IMG/VR virus record: IMGVR_UViG_2675903375_000003
Coordinates: 30,557-94,556 of that record
Strand: one strand, 5' to 3'
DNA: 64,000 nt
Source of the DNA: a virus
Taxonomy: Duplodnaviria; Caudoviricetes
Part shown: piece after piece, positions 1 to 9,928 of the stretch
Layout of the letters: every line of letters begins with the position of its first letter
How positions within the stretch are numbered: position 1 is the stretch's first letter
The notes under the pieces: generated by a model
Seen by the model: only the letters and a program-made list of their open reading frames with translations
Told to the model about the DNA's origin: nothing
Database searches by the model: none
Program-made: the position numbers and the translations under genes

Positions 1-78
1 GTTCCGGTTCTCCCTCGCCCTGTACCAGTCCCTCCGCCCCGAGATCGACCTGGTGCACCCCCGATTGGACACGATCCG

Positions 79-1473
79 ATGACCCAGTACCACGTCGCAG
101 TCGACCACCTTGCCTCGCCCGACCCGAACAGCCCCGTCCAGACCAGCACCACCTACCTGGGCACCGTCGGCCAGGCCCACGTCGACGAAGTCCGCGCGAT
201 CGCCGACCTGCCCGACAGCGGCCGCATCGTCAAGGAACACCCGCGGCTGGCGGGCGCGTTCATGGTGCTCCGCAACGACGGCGACCTGGACGTGTACGTA
301 CCGACCGACGCCGCCGAATACCGCGTCTACCAGCCCGACCCGGGCCCCAAGACCCGCAACGAGGGCGGCGACCTCGCCCCGGACAACGCACAGACCGTGA
401 AGACCACACCAGGCGACCTGCCGCGCGGCGCCTCCGGCCCGGCCTACATCACCGGCGTCGTCCGCGTCGGCGACCAGTCCATCGGCGGCGCCATGGACAC
501 CCCCAGCCACCCACCGCGGAAGACCTGGCACACCACCGAATCCCCGGCAGGCCAGTCGTACTTCTACTCCGTCGCCGCCTACCTGATGCGAGTCGGCGCC
601 GAACCCCAGGTCATCTACGACCCCGACTCCGATCTCCTCGGACAGTTCGGTCCGCTCACCCAGTCCGGGCGGGCGCTCCGCAACGACGGCACCCGCCGCA
701 CCAACCGCGAAGGCAAGGTCAACATCCAGGTCGAGGTGCTGGGACGTGCCAGCCAGCCGTGGACGAAGGGCTTCGACCCGGCGAAGAAGCCCAACTTCCG
801 CAAGCTGCTGGCGGCCGGCCGGGCGCACGGCATCCCCGACGCCTGGCCCGCCGGGAAGCCCCCGGCCACCGCAGCCGCAGCCGCCAAGGGATCCCGCTCC
901 CGTACGACGTGGGAGACCAAGGGCGGCCACTACGCGCACGGCCAGGTGCCCGGAAACGACCACTGGGACCCGGGCGCCATCGACACCAGCATCGTCCCCG
1001 GCAACCCCCCCACCACCCCGGGCACCGGCGGCGGAGGCGACACCGGGGCCACCGGCGGGACCGGCACGTACACGGTGAAGAAGGGCGACACCCTGTCCTC
1101 GATCGCCAAGGCCCACGCCACCACCGTCGCCAAGCTGACCTCCCTCAACGGCCTGTCCGACCCGGACGAGCTGAAGGTCGGGCAGCAGCTGAAGGTTCCC
1201 GCGAAGGAGCCGTCCAAGCCGGTGTACGAGCCGTTCCCCGGCTCCGCGTTCTTCCACGGCGGCCGCCACTCCCCGATCGTCACCGCCCTCGGACGCCGCC
1301 TGGTCCAGCTCGGGTTCGGCCGGTACTACAAGCTCGGCCCCGGCCCCAACTGGACCAACGCCGACAAGGAAGCCGTCGCCGCGTTCCAGCGGTCCCAGCC
1401 CGAGCTGGCCGGGGACGCGGACGGCATCCCGGGCCCGAAGACGTGGGCAGCCCTGAAGATCCCCAAGGTCTGA
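79..1473 (+). CDS. Endolysin: N-acetylmuramoyl-L-alanine amidase + LysM + peptidoglycan-binding domain
   Basis: Amidase_2-type motifs WHTTE, QVEV, HGQVPGNDHWDPG; LysM YTVKKGDTLSSIA...LKVGQQLKVP; C-terminal AVAAFQ...ADGIPGPKTW. Confidence 0.92.
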   Translation: MTQYHVAVDHLASPDPNSPVQTSTTYLGTVGQAHVDEVRAIADLPDSGRIVKEHPRLAGAFMVLRNDGDLDVYVPTDAAEYRVYQPDPGPKTRNEGGDLAPDNAQTVKTTPGDLPRGASGPAYITGVVRVGDQSIGGAMDTPSHPPRKTWHTTESPAGQSYFYSVAAYLMRVGAEPQVIYDPDSDLLGQFGPLTQSGRALRNDGTRRTNREGKVNIQVEVLGRASQPWTKGFDPAKKPNFRKLLAAGRAHGIPDAWPAGKPPATAAAAAKGSRSRTTWETKGGHYAHGQVPGNDHWDPGAIDTSIVPGNPPTTPGTGGGGDTGATGGTGTYTVKKGDTLSSIAKAHATTVAKLTSLNGLSDPDELKVGQQLKVPAKEPSKPVYEPFPGSAFFHGGRHSPIVTALGRRLVQLGFGRYYKLGPGPNWTNADKEAVAAFQRSQPELAGDADGIPGPKTWAALKIPKV

Positions 1474-1515
1474 ACCCTGCAGCCCCCACCAACCCCCTTC
1501 TCGAAGGAGACCGTT

Positions 1516-1902
1516 GTGAGAATATTCGGACGCGAACCCGTCGCGATCATGGCGTTCATCGCCGTCGCCCTGAAGCTCAGCTCCGCCTACGGGTGGGACG
1601 TCGACGCGGACACCCAGGCCGCCATCATGGTCGCCCTCTCGTGCATCGTCGCGGTGGTCGAGGCGTTCGTCCTCAAGACCGGCGCCGCGTTCGCCGCGAT
1701 CGTCAACCTGGGACACGCCGCCATCGCCCTGTTCCTGGCCCTCGGACTGGAGATGAGCGCCACGGACCAGGCCCTGTGGATGGCAGGCATCGAGTCCTTC
1801 ATCGCCCTGTTCCTGCGCCGCGAGGTGACCGCACCGGTGCAATGGCTGCGCATCGAGCAGTCCAGCCCGCTGGACCGGGCCAACACGACCAGGGCAGCGT
1901 AG
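1516..1902 (+). CDS. Putative holin
   Basis: Directly follows endolysin; GAAGGAG RBS; about 4 hydrophobic helices; MRIFGREP N-terminus typical of actinophage holins. Confidence 0.75.
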   Translation: MRIFGREPVAIMAFIAVALKLSSAYGWDVDADTQAAIMVALSCIVAVVEAFVLKTGAAFAAIVNLGHAAIALFLALGLEMSATDQALWMAGIESFIALFLRREVTAPVQWLRIEQSSPLDRANTTRAA

Positions 1903-2349
1903 ATGAGGCGCCGGGCGGCCGAATGGTTCAGCGGACGAGTCGGCCTCCGCGGGCGCTTCCTCCTGTTCATGGGCGTCGGCAAGGTGTGCTGGGGCGTCGG
2001 ACTGATCGTCGAACCGCCACCCGGCATGGGACTGACCCTGCTCACGCACTACGCACCACTGCACTGCTGGGCCTGGGTATGGATCCTCGCTGGACTGGGG
2101 ACCTTCACCTCGGCCTGGGTTCGGTTCACCCGCGACGTCCTCGGCTTCGTCGCCGCTTCCATCCCGCCCGCCCTGTGGGCCTTCGCCTACGGGTGGGCCG
2201 GGCTGGCCGGCGACTACAGCCGGGGCCTGTGGATTTTCGGCTGGTACATGACCTCGCACTGTGGGGTGATCTGGTGCGCATCACGAGTCCCACCTGAGTC
2301 CGGATCACCCGGTCAACTCGGCCGGGTGGCTGAGAGGAGACCCGGGTGA
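1903..2349 (+). CDS. Membrane protein of the lysis cassette
   Basis: About 4 TM segments; abuts the holin stop codon. Confidence 0.7.
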   Translation: MRRRAAEWFSGRVGLRGRFLLFMGVGKVCWGVGLIVEPPPGMGLTLLTHYAPLHCWAWVWILAGLGTFTSAWVRFTRDVLGFVAASIPPALWAFAYGWAGLAGDYSRGLWIFGWYMTSHCGVIWCASRVPPESGSPGQLGRVAERRPG

Positions 2350-2675
2350 ATGGCGTCTGGGGAATCGTCGGCGCAGTCATCACCGTGCTCGGCGTTGTGA
2401 CAACGGGTTTCTTCACCTACCGAGGAACACGCGCGGCAGCCGCCATTCAGGCCGCGCCGCAGGCTGACGCAAACAAGTTCGCCGTGCTCCAGGCGACGGT
2501 ACAGAGGGTCGACCAAGAGAACGGAAAGCTCCGAGAGCGCCAGTCCCGACTGGAGGCGCTGCTGAGGGCGTTCGCGTGGACCACGGACCGGTGGGCGCGG
2601 CAGATGCACGATCAGGGGATAGACCCCGACCCGGCTCACCCTCTCGTCGACGAGTACAACCGAACTGGAGTCTGA
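2346..2675 (+). CDS. Single-TM coiled-coil protein (lysis-cassette associated)
   Basis: N-terminal TM helix then heptad-like segment; GTGA overlap. Confidence 0.7.
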   Translation: MNGVWGIVGAVITVLGVVTTGFFTYRGTRAAAAIQAAPQADANKFAVLQATVQRVDQENGKLRERQSRLEALLRAFAWTTDRWARQMHDQGIDPDPAHPLVDEYNRTGV

Positions 2676-2679
2676 ATCG

Positions 2680-4146
2680 ATGACCACCGTGAAGGGGAAG
2701 CTGCTCGGGGTCACCAACCCGCAGCGCGTGGAGATGGAAGCCCTCCTCGTCGACGTGACCGGACAGCCGGCCGTCGGCTACGTCCCCACCCAGGACGGCG
2801 AACTCGTCGCCCCCGTCCGCATCCAGGCGGACAACGACGGGGACTGGACCGCCGACCTGACCGCGAACGATCTGGTGGAGTCGACGTCGGGGGACACACT
2901 GTGGGCGGTCCAGGAGGGCCGAGAGAGGGACGGCACTCCAGTCATCACGTACATCCTCGTGCCGGAGTCCGGTGACGACTGGTGGGTGGGCGACCTGCGC
3001 GTCGACCTTTCCGGCACACAGACCGGGCAGGGAACCGTCGTGTACGTGCCGGGCGAGACCGGGCCCCAAGGCCCCGCGGGCGTGCAGGGCCCGGCCGGCG
3101 CCACCGGACCGACCGGACCGCAAGGTCCCGCGGGGGCAGACGGAGCTGACGGACTGAACGGCGCACCAGGCGTGGCCGGCGAGCAAGGACCCGAAGGACC
3201 AGCAGGACCCACCGGACCCACCGGACCCACCGGGGCAACGGGACCGGCCGGCCCGAAGGGTGACACCGGAGCTCAGGGCGCCAAGGGCGACACCGGAGAC
3301 ACCGGCCCGGCCGGAGCAGCCGGAGCAACAGGGCCCGCCGGTACGCAGGGAGAAGAGGGCCCGCAAGGACCTGAAGGACCGCAGGGGCCCGAAGGACCTG
3401 AAGGACCACAGCCACCGCTCGGCGCGGCAGGCGCCGGTGCAGACATCGCACTGCGCTCCACCGACCCCACGACGACGAACCCCCGCACCCCCACCGCTCA
3501 CGCCGCCTCCCACGCCACCGCCGGCTCCGACCCCCTGTCCCCGGACGCGATCGGCGCGCTGCCCGCCGCGGGCGGCACCATCAACGGCCACCTCGCCGTC
3601 ACCGGCAACGCCCTGGGCCTGGACACCCCGGCCGTCCACGGGGCCGCCGCCTGGTGCTACGACCCCGCGCTGGCCGTGAACTCCTCGCAGCTCTCCAACG
3701 GCGTGCTCTACCTGATCCGCGTCGACATCGCCGCCGCCGTGACCGCCACGAAGCTGCACTGGTGGGTGGGGAACTCCGGCTCGTCCCCAGTCTCCGGGCA
3801 GAACCAGGTCGGCCTGTACGACTCCACCGGCACCCTGCTGGCCTCCGCGACCGTCGACGCCGACATCTCCTCGGCCAACCTGAAGACCACCACCATCACC
3901 GGCCAGCCCCTGTCGGCGGGGGAGTTCTACTGGGTGGGCATGCTGTTCAACGCGTCGGTGCCGCCCACGCTCACCCGGGCCTCCGGCTGGACCGGCGCGG
4001 CCGCCGCCGCGAACCTGGGCCTGCCCGCGGCCGCGGCCCGGTTCGCCACCAACGGCAGCGGCCGGACAGCACTGCCCTCGTCGATCAACCCCGCGTCGAA
4101 CGTGGGCACCGAGTTCGCCGGGCCGTGGGCAGCGGTCAGCGCATGA
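2680..4146 (+). CDS. Collagen-like (Gly-X-Y) protein, probable virion fibre/decoration
   Basis: Uninterrupted G-X-Y run at about 3052-3410 between globular N- and C-domains. Confidence 0.85.
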   Translation: MTTVKGKLLGVTNPQRVEMEALLVDVTGQPAVGYVPTQDGELVAPVRIQADNDGDWTADLTANDLVESTSGDTLWAVQEGRERDGTPVITYILVPESGDDWWVGDLRVDLSGTQTGQGTVVYVPGETGPQGPAGVQGPAGATGPTGPQGPAGADGADGLNGAPGVAGEQGPEGPAGPTGPTGPTGATGPAGPKGDTGAQGAKGDTGDTGPAGAAGATGPAGTQGEEGPQGPEGPQGPEGPEGPQPPLGAAGAGADIALRSTDPTTTNPRTPTAHAASHATAGSDPLSPDAIGALPAAGGTINGHLAVTGNALGLDTPAVHGAAAWCYDPALAVNSSQLSNGVLYLIRVDIAAAVTATKLHWWVGNSGSSPVSGQNQVGLYDSTGTLLASATVDADISSANLKTTTITGQPLSAGEFYWVGMLFNASVPPTLTRASGWTGAAAAANLGLPAAAARFATNGSGRTALPSSINPASNVGTEFAGPWAAVSA

Positions 4147-4165
4147 ACGTACGTACGATGACGCC

Positions 4166-4345
4166 ATGACCAGCCCTGCAGCCCTCAGACCCGTCCCGCC
4201 CGCCCCTGTGTGCGCCCCGGCCCAGGTCGGCCCGTGTACGGCCTGCGGGCACCCGACACACCGGTACGGGTTCGGCGGCTGCCCGCTGTGCGTCGTGTGT
4301 CTGGTTCCGGTACGACAGCGGCAGACGAAACAGGTCCCCCAGTAG
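4166..4345 (+). CDS. Small Cys-rich (Zn-finger-like) protein, 59 aa, below the ORF-track cutoff
   Basis: Hand translation MTSPAALRP...CTACGHPTHRYGFGGCPLCVVC...QVPQ*. Confidence 0.5.
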   Translation: MTSPAALRPVPPAPVCAPAQVGPCTACGHPTHRYGFGGCPLCVVCLVPVRQRQTKQVPQ

Positions 4346-4354
4346 GCTGCCGCC

Positions 4355-4756
4355 ATGCGGAACGAGTGGGATGCGGGGGCCACGCCGTGGCTGCGCCAGC
4401 ATCAGACGACAGCAGGGTACGGCGATCAACAGAACCCGGTGCAGTGCATGTTCTGCGGAGCGCAGAGCATCAAGCGATCCGCCTCCGACCGAGATCAAGA
4501 CACGGGGCGAATCGAGCTGTACTGCGACAACCAGCTCTGTGACGCCCGCGAGATGGTGCTCCTGGTCAAGCGGGACGGTGCCGAGTCCATATTCCGCGCC
4601 GACGTTCGGGCACTCCACCTCGTGGACGACGGCACGTTCGATGTGCACTCGGCCTTCCCGCCCGAGGTCAAGTCCTACTCCATGGCCGACCTGCTGGCCG
4701 ACCGCGGCAACGAGGTGGAGCGCAGGATGCGTAAGGCGACCCGGCCGACGGACTGA
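4355..4756 (+). CDS. Hypothetical Zn-ribbon protein
   Basis: CMFC and CDNQLC pairs; Streptomyces-like codon bias. Confidence 0.65.
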   Translation: MRNEWDAGATPWLRQHQTTAGYGDQQNPVQCMFCGAQSIKRSASDRDQDTGRIELYCDNQLCDAREMVLLVKRDGAESIFRADVRALHLVDDGTFDVHSAFPPEVKSYSMADLLADRGNEVERRMRKATRPTD

Positions 4757-4878
4757 GGTAGATCCGGCTGAAGTCGGCTGACGTGCATGGCGGCGCGAAT
4801 AGCCCTGGGTTCCTTCATGGGAAGCCAGGGCCGGCACCGTGAGACCGTCAAGGTGTCGCCATCCTGAAGGAGGGACCC

Positions 4879-5214
4879 ATGGGACACCGCCCCTACCCGA
4901 ACGCCGACCGGGCGCGCCGGTACGTCGACGCCAGGCACGGAAGCGACTGCCCGCGATGCGGCCACCACGCCTCCGTTCACCCCTACCGTCGGGGCCAGTT
5001 CGTGTGCAGCCCCTCCCGCGACGGCATGCCCTCCTGCCGCGAGTGCACCGCCCGCCTCATGGCTTTGAGGGAGGGCCCGCTGCGTGGGTTCGCCGAGAGC
5101 ACCGCACGGGTTCACATCACCATGCCGAACCTTCGTCTCCCGACCTCGGCCACTGGTCTCGTGGTCCGCTCGGTCGACGAATCCCTTCTCCGGGCATTCA
5201 GGCATCGTGCTTAG
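4879..5214 (+). CDS. Hypothetical Zn-binding protein
   Basis: GAAGGAGG RBS; CPRCGH and CREC motifs. Confidence 0.6.
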   Translation: MGHRPYPNADRARRYVDARHGSDCPRCGHHASVHPYRRGQFVCSPSRDGMPSCRECTARLMALREGPLRGFAESTARVHITMPNLRLPTSATGLVVRSVDESLLRAFRHRA

Positions 5215-5265
5215 GATCGTTCCTGGCGAAGAATCGCACGCACAATCGAGCACGGGGAGTGCCGC

Positions 5266-5556
5266 GTGGAGATCCTCGACGAGATCCGCTTCCACATGCA
5301 GGTGGCCACCGACGCCCGCCGCACCCTCATGTGCACGCCGGATCAGGCCGATGCCGTCCGGGCCGCCGTGGACCAGCTGGGCGCGAGCCACATCTTCACG
5401 GTGAAGGCCAGCCCGTGCTGTCCGGAGGGGACGATCGTCGTGATCGACGAGCAGGCCCTCGAGGCGTCCTGGCAGCAGAGCATCCAGCGCACCGGACACG
5501 ATCTCCGCGTCTACGGACTGCGCGGACGGGACAGCGGACCGTCTGACTCCCGATAA
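5266..5556 (+). CDS. Hypothetical protein
   Basis: GGGAG RBS; GC3-rich frame. Confidence 0.6.
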   Translation: MEILDEIRFHMQVATDARRTLMCTPDQADAVRAAVDQLGASHIFTVKASPCCPEGTIVVIDEQALEASWQQSIQRTGHDLRVYGLRGRDSGPSDSR

Positions 5557-5597
5557 GCTCACATATCAAGAACGATCACGAGCAGGGGAGACGCACC

Positions 5598-5840
5598 GTG
5601 GACGAGATCAAACTCGGTGACTTCGCCACCACAACCGATGCGGATGGAGTCCAGTACGTTGCCGCTTCCGACATGACCAACCTCCTCCGCACGATCGCCG
5701 GCCTCTACGTCACCAGGTCCTGGCAAGACACAACAGCCGACGGCGCGCGCACGCTGAAAAGCCTCTCGGAAGAACTCGTCAGGATCGCCGACACCTTGGA
5801 CGTCCACTTCATCACCGAGCAGGGCGACGGACATGAGTGA
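5598..5840 (+). CDS. Hypothetical protein overlapping the recombinase start
   Basis: GGGGAG RBS; stop overlaps next gene. Confidence 0.55.
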   Translation: MDEIKLGDFATTTDADGVQYVAASDMTNLLRTIAGLYVTRSWQDTTADGARTLKSLSEELVRIADTLDVHFITEQGDGHE

Positions 5841-6849
5841 CATCCTCCCCGCTCGCTCTCTCCTGCCCGCCGAGTTCGACGATGATCTGCGCGCACGCCT
5901 GGCCGCCCTCGATGCCGCATCCGACGAACACGCTGACGACCAACGGCCGGACAACACCAAGCGGTCGTACGCCTCCGACTGGAAGACCTGGGAAGCCTTC
6001 TGCACCCAGCTCCAGATCCCGCCCACCGCCGCCACCCGCGGCACACTCCGCGCCTTCGTCGACTACCTCTGGAACCGCGAACAGCGCGCCTACTCCACCA
6101 TCGACCGGAAACTCGCCGGCGTCGTCGTCACCCTCCGGCGGCCGCCGTACAACGTCCTCGTCGACCCCGACGCCACCCGCGCCGCCCGCGAACTCCTCAA
6201 GGACTACCGGAAGAAGGCCGACGCAGCCGAAGAACCGGCGCGCGGCCGCGGCAAGGCCCCCGCCATGCGCCTGGCCGACCTACGACTCATCGTCTCCAAG
6301 TGCGACACCGACATCTTCGGCCTCCGCGACCGCGCGATGATCCTCCTCGGGTTCTCCATCGCCGCCCGCCGCGCCGAACTCGCCGGCCTGCGCCTGCGGA
6401 ACATCCGCGACGACGACAACGGCCTCCTCGTCGACGTTCGCGTCTCCAAGACCGAACCCCGAACCGTCGCCGTCCCCCACGGCAAGAACCCGGAGACCTG
6501 CCCGGTCCGGGCCTGGCACACCTGGCGCGACGCCGCACAGATCCTCGACCCGGACCGCCACGCCTTCCGCCGAATCCACCACACCGGCGCCGTCCAACCC
6601 CAGGGCCTCACCCCGCAGCGCGCCGGCGACGTCATCACCGCCGCCGGGCTCCGCGCCGGGTTCGAGGAACTCTTCACCGGGCACTCCGTGCGCTCCGGCA
6701 TGGCCACCGAGGCACGCCGTGCCGGGAAGGACCGCAAGGCCATCGCCGCCGTCACCGGCCACGCGGACGGCTCCAAGGTCCTCGACGGCTACATGCAGAT
6801 CGTTGATCAGTGGGGAGAGCAGGACAATGCTCTCGTGGGCCTGATGTAG
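5833..6849 (+). CDS. Cre-like tyrosine recombinase (probable dimer resolvase)
   Basis: SAM-like N-domain; complete catalytic set R (ARRAEL), K (SKT), HxxR (GHSVRSG), H (TGH), Y (DGYM). Confidence 0.92.
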   Translation: MSDILPARSLLPAEFDDDLRARLAALDAASDEHADDQRPDNTKRSYASDWKTWEAFCTQLQIPPTAATRGTLRAFVDYLWNREQRAYSTIDRKLAGVVVTLRRPPYNVLVDPDATRAARELLKDYRKKADAAEEPARGRGKAPAMRLADLRLIVSKCDTDIFGLRDRAMILLGFSIAARRAELAGLRLRNIRDDDNGLLVDVRVSKTEPRTVAVPHGKNPETCPVRAWHTWRDAAQILDPDRHAFRRIHHTGAVQPQGLTPQRAGDVITAAGLRAGFEELFTGHSVRSGMATEARRAGKDRKAIAAVTGHADGSKVLDGYMQIVDQWGEQDNALVGLM

Positions 6850-6875
6850 GTCCGGCCACTCCAAGGAGGAAGATC

Positions 6876-7451
6876 ATGGCTGTCCACCTGGCACCGGGCA
6901 TCACGCTGGAAGGGTTCGACCCGCGGCGGAGCGATGACGTTGACATCCTCCAGGGCATGTTCATCGACTACCTGCTCGAGGAGTTCCAGCGCATCGGAGA
7001 GCTGGCATTCGGTAACCCCGTCGCGAACTACTTGGCTACGACCTTCATCCGGCGCGAAGGCGAAGAGGCGGGGTTCATGTCGCTGGACGGCGGCCGTCAA
7101 GCAGTAGAGCTGATCTACGTGAAGCCAGAGTTCCGAGGCCAGGGACTCGCTGAGCTGGCACTTCAGGAGACGGACCGCGTCTGTCCCAACAAGCTCGCCC
7201 TCAAGACGCCCCTGACGCCCGGCGGCGAGGCCCTCGCGAACCGCTTGGAGCTGGACCGAGCCGACAACTTCCCCCACGAGGCGGCGAAGAACGCGGAGTT
7301 CCTCCAGAGCGTACGGGACCGCATCAAGCAGACCTGCCCACACGGCAAGAAGTCTGGCGACCCGCGGAAACCGTGCGCACGCTGCTACCGCAAGTTCCTG
7401 CGCAGTTACGCCGCCCGCGGCATGGAAAAGTACGTGGCGCCGTTCCAATAG
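6876..7451 (+). CDS. GNAT-family acetyltransferase with C-terminal Cys/His cluster
   Basis: AAGGAGG RBS; IYVKPEFRGQGLA acetyl-CoA motif A; CPH...CARC. Confidence 0.75.
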   Translation: MAVHLAPGITLEGFDPRRSDDVDILQGMFIDYLLEEFQRIGELAFGNPVANYLATTFIRREGEEAGFMSLDGGRQAVELIYVKPEFRGQGLAELALQETDRVCPNKLALKTPLTPGGEALANRLELDRADNFPHEAAKNAEFLQSVRDRIKQTCPHGKKSGDPRKPCARCYRKFLRSYAARGMEKYVAPFQ

Positions 7452-7490
7452 GGCAGTCGCCCCTGGGCTCGGTTGGCTTCTCAGAGAAAA

Positions 7491-8459
7491 CTAGTTGCCG
7501 CCAGGTTCCTCGGCGCCCGCTTCGGCCTCGGCCTCGGCCTGCCGGGCGCGCCGCTTCGCGCGCGTGCCGTTGCCGGGCTTGTTCAGCGTCTCCCAGTCCG
7601 GCTCCTCGCCGGGGTCCTTCGTCGCCACCTTCGTCACCTTCAGCCCCGCGGCCCGGCCCCGGGTGTGCTGGCTCGTGTCGCACGTGAGGAGCCGTACCTC
7701 GCGGCCGGCCAGTCCCTGGATGGCGACCGTCCGGTCGATGATCTCGACGTCGGGGCGGTCCAGACGTACGTGGCCGGGCGGATCGAGGACGATCTCGACG
7801 TTGACCCGGCCGTAGGTCTCGCCCTCCGCGGGGACACGCTTCCCCTCGCGAAGAACTCCGTGCTCGTGGCCGTTGAGGACGCCATCGAGGAGACCGAGGG
7901 TGTGGGCGGCACGCCAGCGGGGCCGCGCTTTGCTGGCGTCCTTCAGGTCGTCCAGCTCGTCGACCACCACGATCGGGAACAGCAGGCGCACGTACTCCCG
8001 GCGCGGCACGTCGAGGATCTCGTGGATGTCGACGTCGGCCAGCTTCACCTCGTTCTGGATGTAGAAGCTGGAGTCGGCGACGACGAACACCTCCCGCTGG
8101 TTCCAGCGGCCGATCCAGGTGTCCAGCGTGTACACGGCGGCCTCGAGCGCCTCGATCCGTTCGGCTACCTCGAGTTGGACCAGACGGTTCACCAGGCGCG
8201 TCTGCGCGGTTCCTGCGAGTGTGCCGCAGCTGGCCAGCAGTACCCGGTAGCGGTCGGTGAGGATGAGCGTGTCCAGGTCGCGGTCGCTGATCTGGGGGCG
8301 CAGCATCCGAGCGGACTCCGTGGCCCACTCCAGATACGCCAGCAGAGCATCGTAGGCGCTGTCGTACGGCTTCTGCAGGTTCATGGCCGCGACGTGGACA
8401 CCGCCGAGTACCTGACGGATGTTCTTCCGATCCGCGCCTGGGCGGGGTGTGATGAGCAT
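7491..8459 (-). CDS. PIN-domain ribonuclease-like protein
   Basis: PIN acidic motifs VVADSSF, VVDELDDLK, PDVEII, LLTCD. Confidence 0.8.
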   Translation of the reverse strand: MLITPRPGADRKNIRQVLGGVHVAAMNLQKPYDSAYDALLAYLEWATESARMLRPQISDRDLDTLILTDRYRVLLASCGTLAGTAQTRLVNRLVQLEVAERIEALEAAVYTLDTWIGRWNQREVFVVADSSFYIQNEVKLADVDIHEILDVPRREYVRLLFPIVVVDELDDLKDASKARPRWRAAHTLGLLDGVLNGHEHGVLREGKRVPAEGETYGRVNVEIVLDPPGHVRLDRPDVEIIDRTVAIQGLAGREVRLLTCDTSQHTRGRAAGLKVTKVATKDPGEEPDWETLNKPGNGTRAKRRARQAEAEAEAGAEEPGGN

Positions 8460-8502
8460 GCCGCTGATCCTGCCAGGGGGTTCTGACAGCGGGAACCGGA
8501 TT

Positions 8503-8700
8503 TCAGGAGACCGGCAGGGTGTGACGGCCGTTCGCGTCGACCACGATGACGGGCGGGCAGCCGGGGCAGGAGTACAGGTTCTGGGTGCCGATCCACCGCC
8601 AGCCCGCCTCCCACAACGGCTTGTGGTTCCGGTCCTCCGGCAGGCCGGCGGTGGCCCCGCAGTTGGTGCAGGTGAGGAACGAGGGCTTCGTGTACGCCAT
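8503..8700 (-). CDS. Small Zn-ribbon protein
   Basis: MAYTKPSFLTCTNCG...YSCPGCPP. Confidence 0.6.
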   Translation of the reverse strand: MAYTKPSFLTCTNCGATAGLPEDRNHKPLWEAGWRWIGTQNLYSCPGCPPVIVVDANGRHTLPVS

Positions 8701-8741
8701 GACGGCCAGCATATCGGCGCCCCGGCCCGGCTCTGGCCCGG

Positions 8742-9644
8742 TCAACTGTTCTCGGGGGTGTCCCAGAACCCGGTGTGGGCGATGGCGTCGGCGGTTGCTG
8801 GGGGGAGGGGTTCGCCGGTGGTGGGGTCTCGGCGGTCGGCGAGGAGGGGGTGGGTTGCGGCCATCTGTCCGACGAGTTTGTTGACCCAGCGGGACTGCAG
8901 GGCGTGGCGGGTGTCGTTGAGGAGCAGTGCGTGCTCGCCCGGGTCGGCGGGCTCGGGCCGGACTTTCAGGTAGTCCTTCAGGGCGGCGCCGGTGAGGGGT
9001 TCGAGGGTGAACTGGCGGCCGACGTTCTCGTGGTCGTCGGGGGCGCGGACTTCCCAGGTGCCGTCGGGCTGGGGGTAGAGGTGGCGGGTGTCGACGCGGA
9101 CGACCTGGGCGGGGCGGAGTCCTTCGAGGAGGAGGAAGATGGCGAGCCGGTCGCGCTGGTAGTGCTTGGAGTGGTTGGGGCCCCAGCCGCCGATGACAGC
9201 GAAGAGGGTGGCGCGTTCCATGCGGGTCAGCCTGTTCGAGGCGCCTGCGGGGCGGGGGACGCCGGAGCGCAGCACGGTGAGGTTGGGCGGCATGGTGATG
9301 ATGCCGCGGTCGCGGGCAGCCTGAAAGTACTGGGTGAGGGCGGTGATGCGCCGGTCGTGGGTGCGGGCTGCTTCGGGATGCCGGTCGGCGAGGTGGGCGA
9401 GGGCGTCGGGTCCGTCGAAGGGCCGGCCGCCGAGGTAGGGGGTGAGGAAGCAGTCGGCGGCCCAGGCGGCGATGTCCTGGGGGCGGGCGGTGAGGGCGTC
9501 GACGGGCGGGGTGCGGCCGGTGCACCAGGTGAGGAAGGAGCCGATCTCGCGCGCGTATTCGGCGCGGGTGGAGTGGCGCAGCGTAGAGGTGTCCAGCCAG
9601 GTGTGCAGCAGCTCGTCGGCGTCCATGCCCATCATTCTGCCCAA
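8742..9644 (-). CDS. Degenerate XerC/D-like tyrosine recombinase lacking HxxR and the catalytic Tyr
   Basis: STRAEYAREIGSFLTW SAM-like domain and RDRLAIFLLLEGLRPAQV box I; box II reads ADAIAHT and the protein ends 9 residues later. Confidence 0.7.
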   Translation of the reverse strand: MGRMMGMDADELLHTWLDTSTLRHSTRAEYAREIGSFLTWCTGRTPPVDALTARPQDIAAWAADCFLTPYLGGRPFDGPDALAHLADRHPEAARTHDRRITALTQYFQAARDRGIITMPPNLTVLRSGVPRPAGASNRLTRMERATLFAVIGGWGPNHSKHYQRDRLAIFLLLEGLRPAQVVRVDTRHLYPQPDGTWEVRAPDDHENVGRQFTLEPLTGAALKDYLKVRPEPADPGEHALLLNDTRHALQSRWVNKLVGQMAATHPLLADRRDPTTGEPLPPATADAIAHTGFWDTPENS

Positions 9645-9657
9645 CCCGAAGATCGCT

Positions 9658-9773
9658 TTACAAAACTTCCGAGCTACCCCGGCCCCATCCGGCGCTGTGG
9701 TTCATGTGCCCGGGACGGTGCGGGTCGGGGGCGCCGCGTGCGCGGGTAGGAGGGTGGGGCGGACGTTTTGTAA
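9658..9773. repeat. 13-bp AT-rich inverted repeat (12/13 match), 90-bp spacer
   Basis: TTACAAAACTTCC (9658-9670) and GGACGTTTTGTAA (9761-9773). Confidence 0.6.
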
Positions 9774-9928
9774 CCCACCACTGGATTCGAGTATCGGGCA
9801 GGGTGGGAGGAGGAGAACGGGGGAACTCCCCCTCCCACCCGGACGCCCGGCGGAGCGCGGAACACAACCTCTGCGCACACGCTATGACGGAAAACCCGGC
9901 TTGTCCGAGCCGCTATCCCCCGGCCCGG

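Noticed and set aside
3052-3410. Dense 9-bp periodic repeats that might suggest a repeat array
   Set aside because: Fully explained by Gly-X-Y collagen coding.
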